Below are positions 62,444-64,000 of a stretch of 64,000 nucleotides of DNA, one piece after another. This DNA comes from an uncultured Clostridia bacterium. Its GTDB lineage: Bacteria; Bacillota; Clostridia; TANB77; CAG-508. Numbering within the stretch: the first letter of the stretch is position 1; each line of letters begins with the position of its first letter. The stretch lies in NCBI GenBank assembly GCA_948891265.1, contig CAQUBD010000004.1:4223-68222 (forward strand), in the 5' to 3' direction. The position numbers and the translations under genes were made by a program. A model generated the notes under the pieces. That model did no database searches. It was not told the DNA's origin and saw only the letters and a list, made by a program, of their open reading frames with translations.

Positions 62444-64000
<1,557 letters not shown>

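Overview
AT-rich chromosomal window from an endospore-forming, Clostridia-like Firmicute, inferred from gene content and order. CDS coordinates include the stop codon.

Conserved backbone:
- tRNA-Met, mtnN and rplL-rplJ-rplA-rplK-nusG-secE-rpmG (12.2-16.8 kb, minus strand).
- sigG-sigE-spoIIGA-ftsZ-ftsA-sbp-DUF881 x2-divIB (26-35.5 kb).
- murA, cmk, a Lon-like protease, a DUF421/DUF4363 pair, spoIVA, HIT and an AlaRS-like gene (42.6-61.6 kb).

Accessory DNA:
- (i) A tail-only siphovirus-type cluster with its own regulators abuts tRNA-Met (1-12.2 kb). No head, portal, terminase or integrase genes are in view, so it is tailocin-like or a prophage remnant.
- (ii) A decayed ~4 kb island next to tRNA-Gly is bounded by a partial duplication of ylmC (21.3-25.9 kb).
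- (iii) A complete type II-A CRISPR-Cas locus (cas9-cas1-cas2-csn2, divergent tracrRNA, 13 repeats/12 spacers) lies between divIB and murA.
- (iv) A ~5.3 kb large-serine-recombinase element splits murA at the catalytic Cys115 loop.
- (v) Another serine-recombinase element starts after a second, atypical tRNA-Gly.

Most unusual signal: eight otherwise intact genes, including sigE, cas9, ylmC and a DUF881 division gene, lose their frame at an in-frame CGG codon. Each is repaired by skipping the C and reading the following GGN glycine codon. All six in-frame CGG-A quadruplets in credible genes are such sites. The atypical tRNA-Gly has anticodon-loop bases 34-37 = UCCG, complementary to CGGA. This is either a systematic assembly artefact or a +1/quadruplet recoding system, and needs direct testing.
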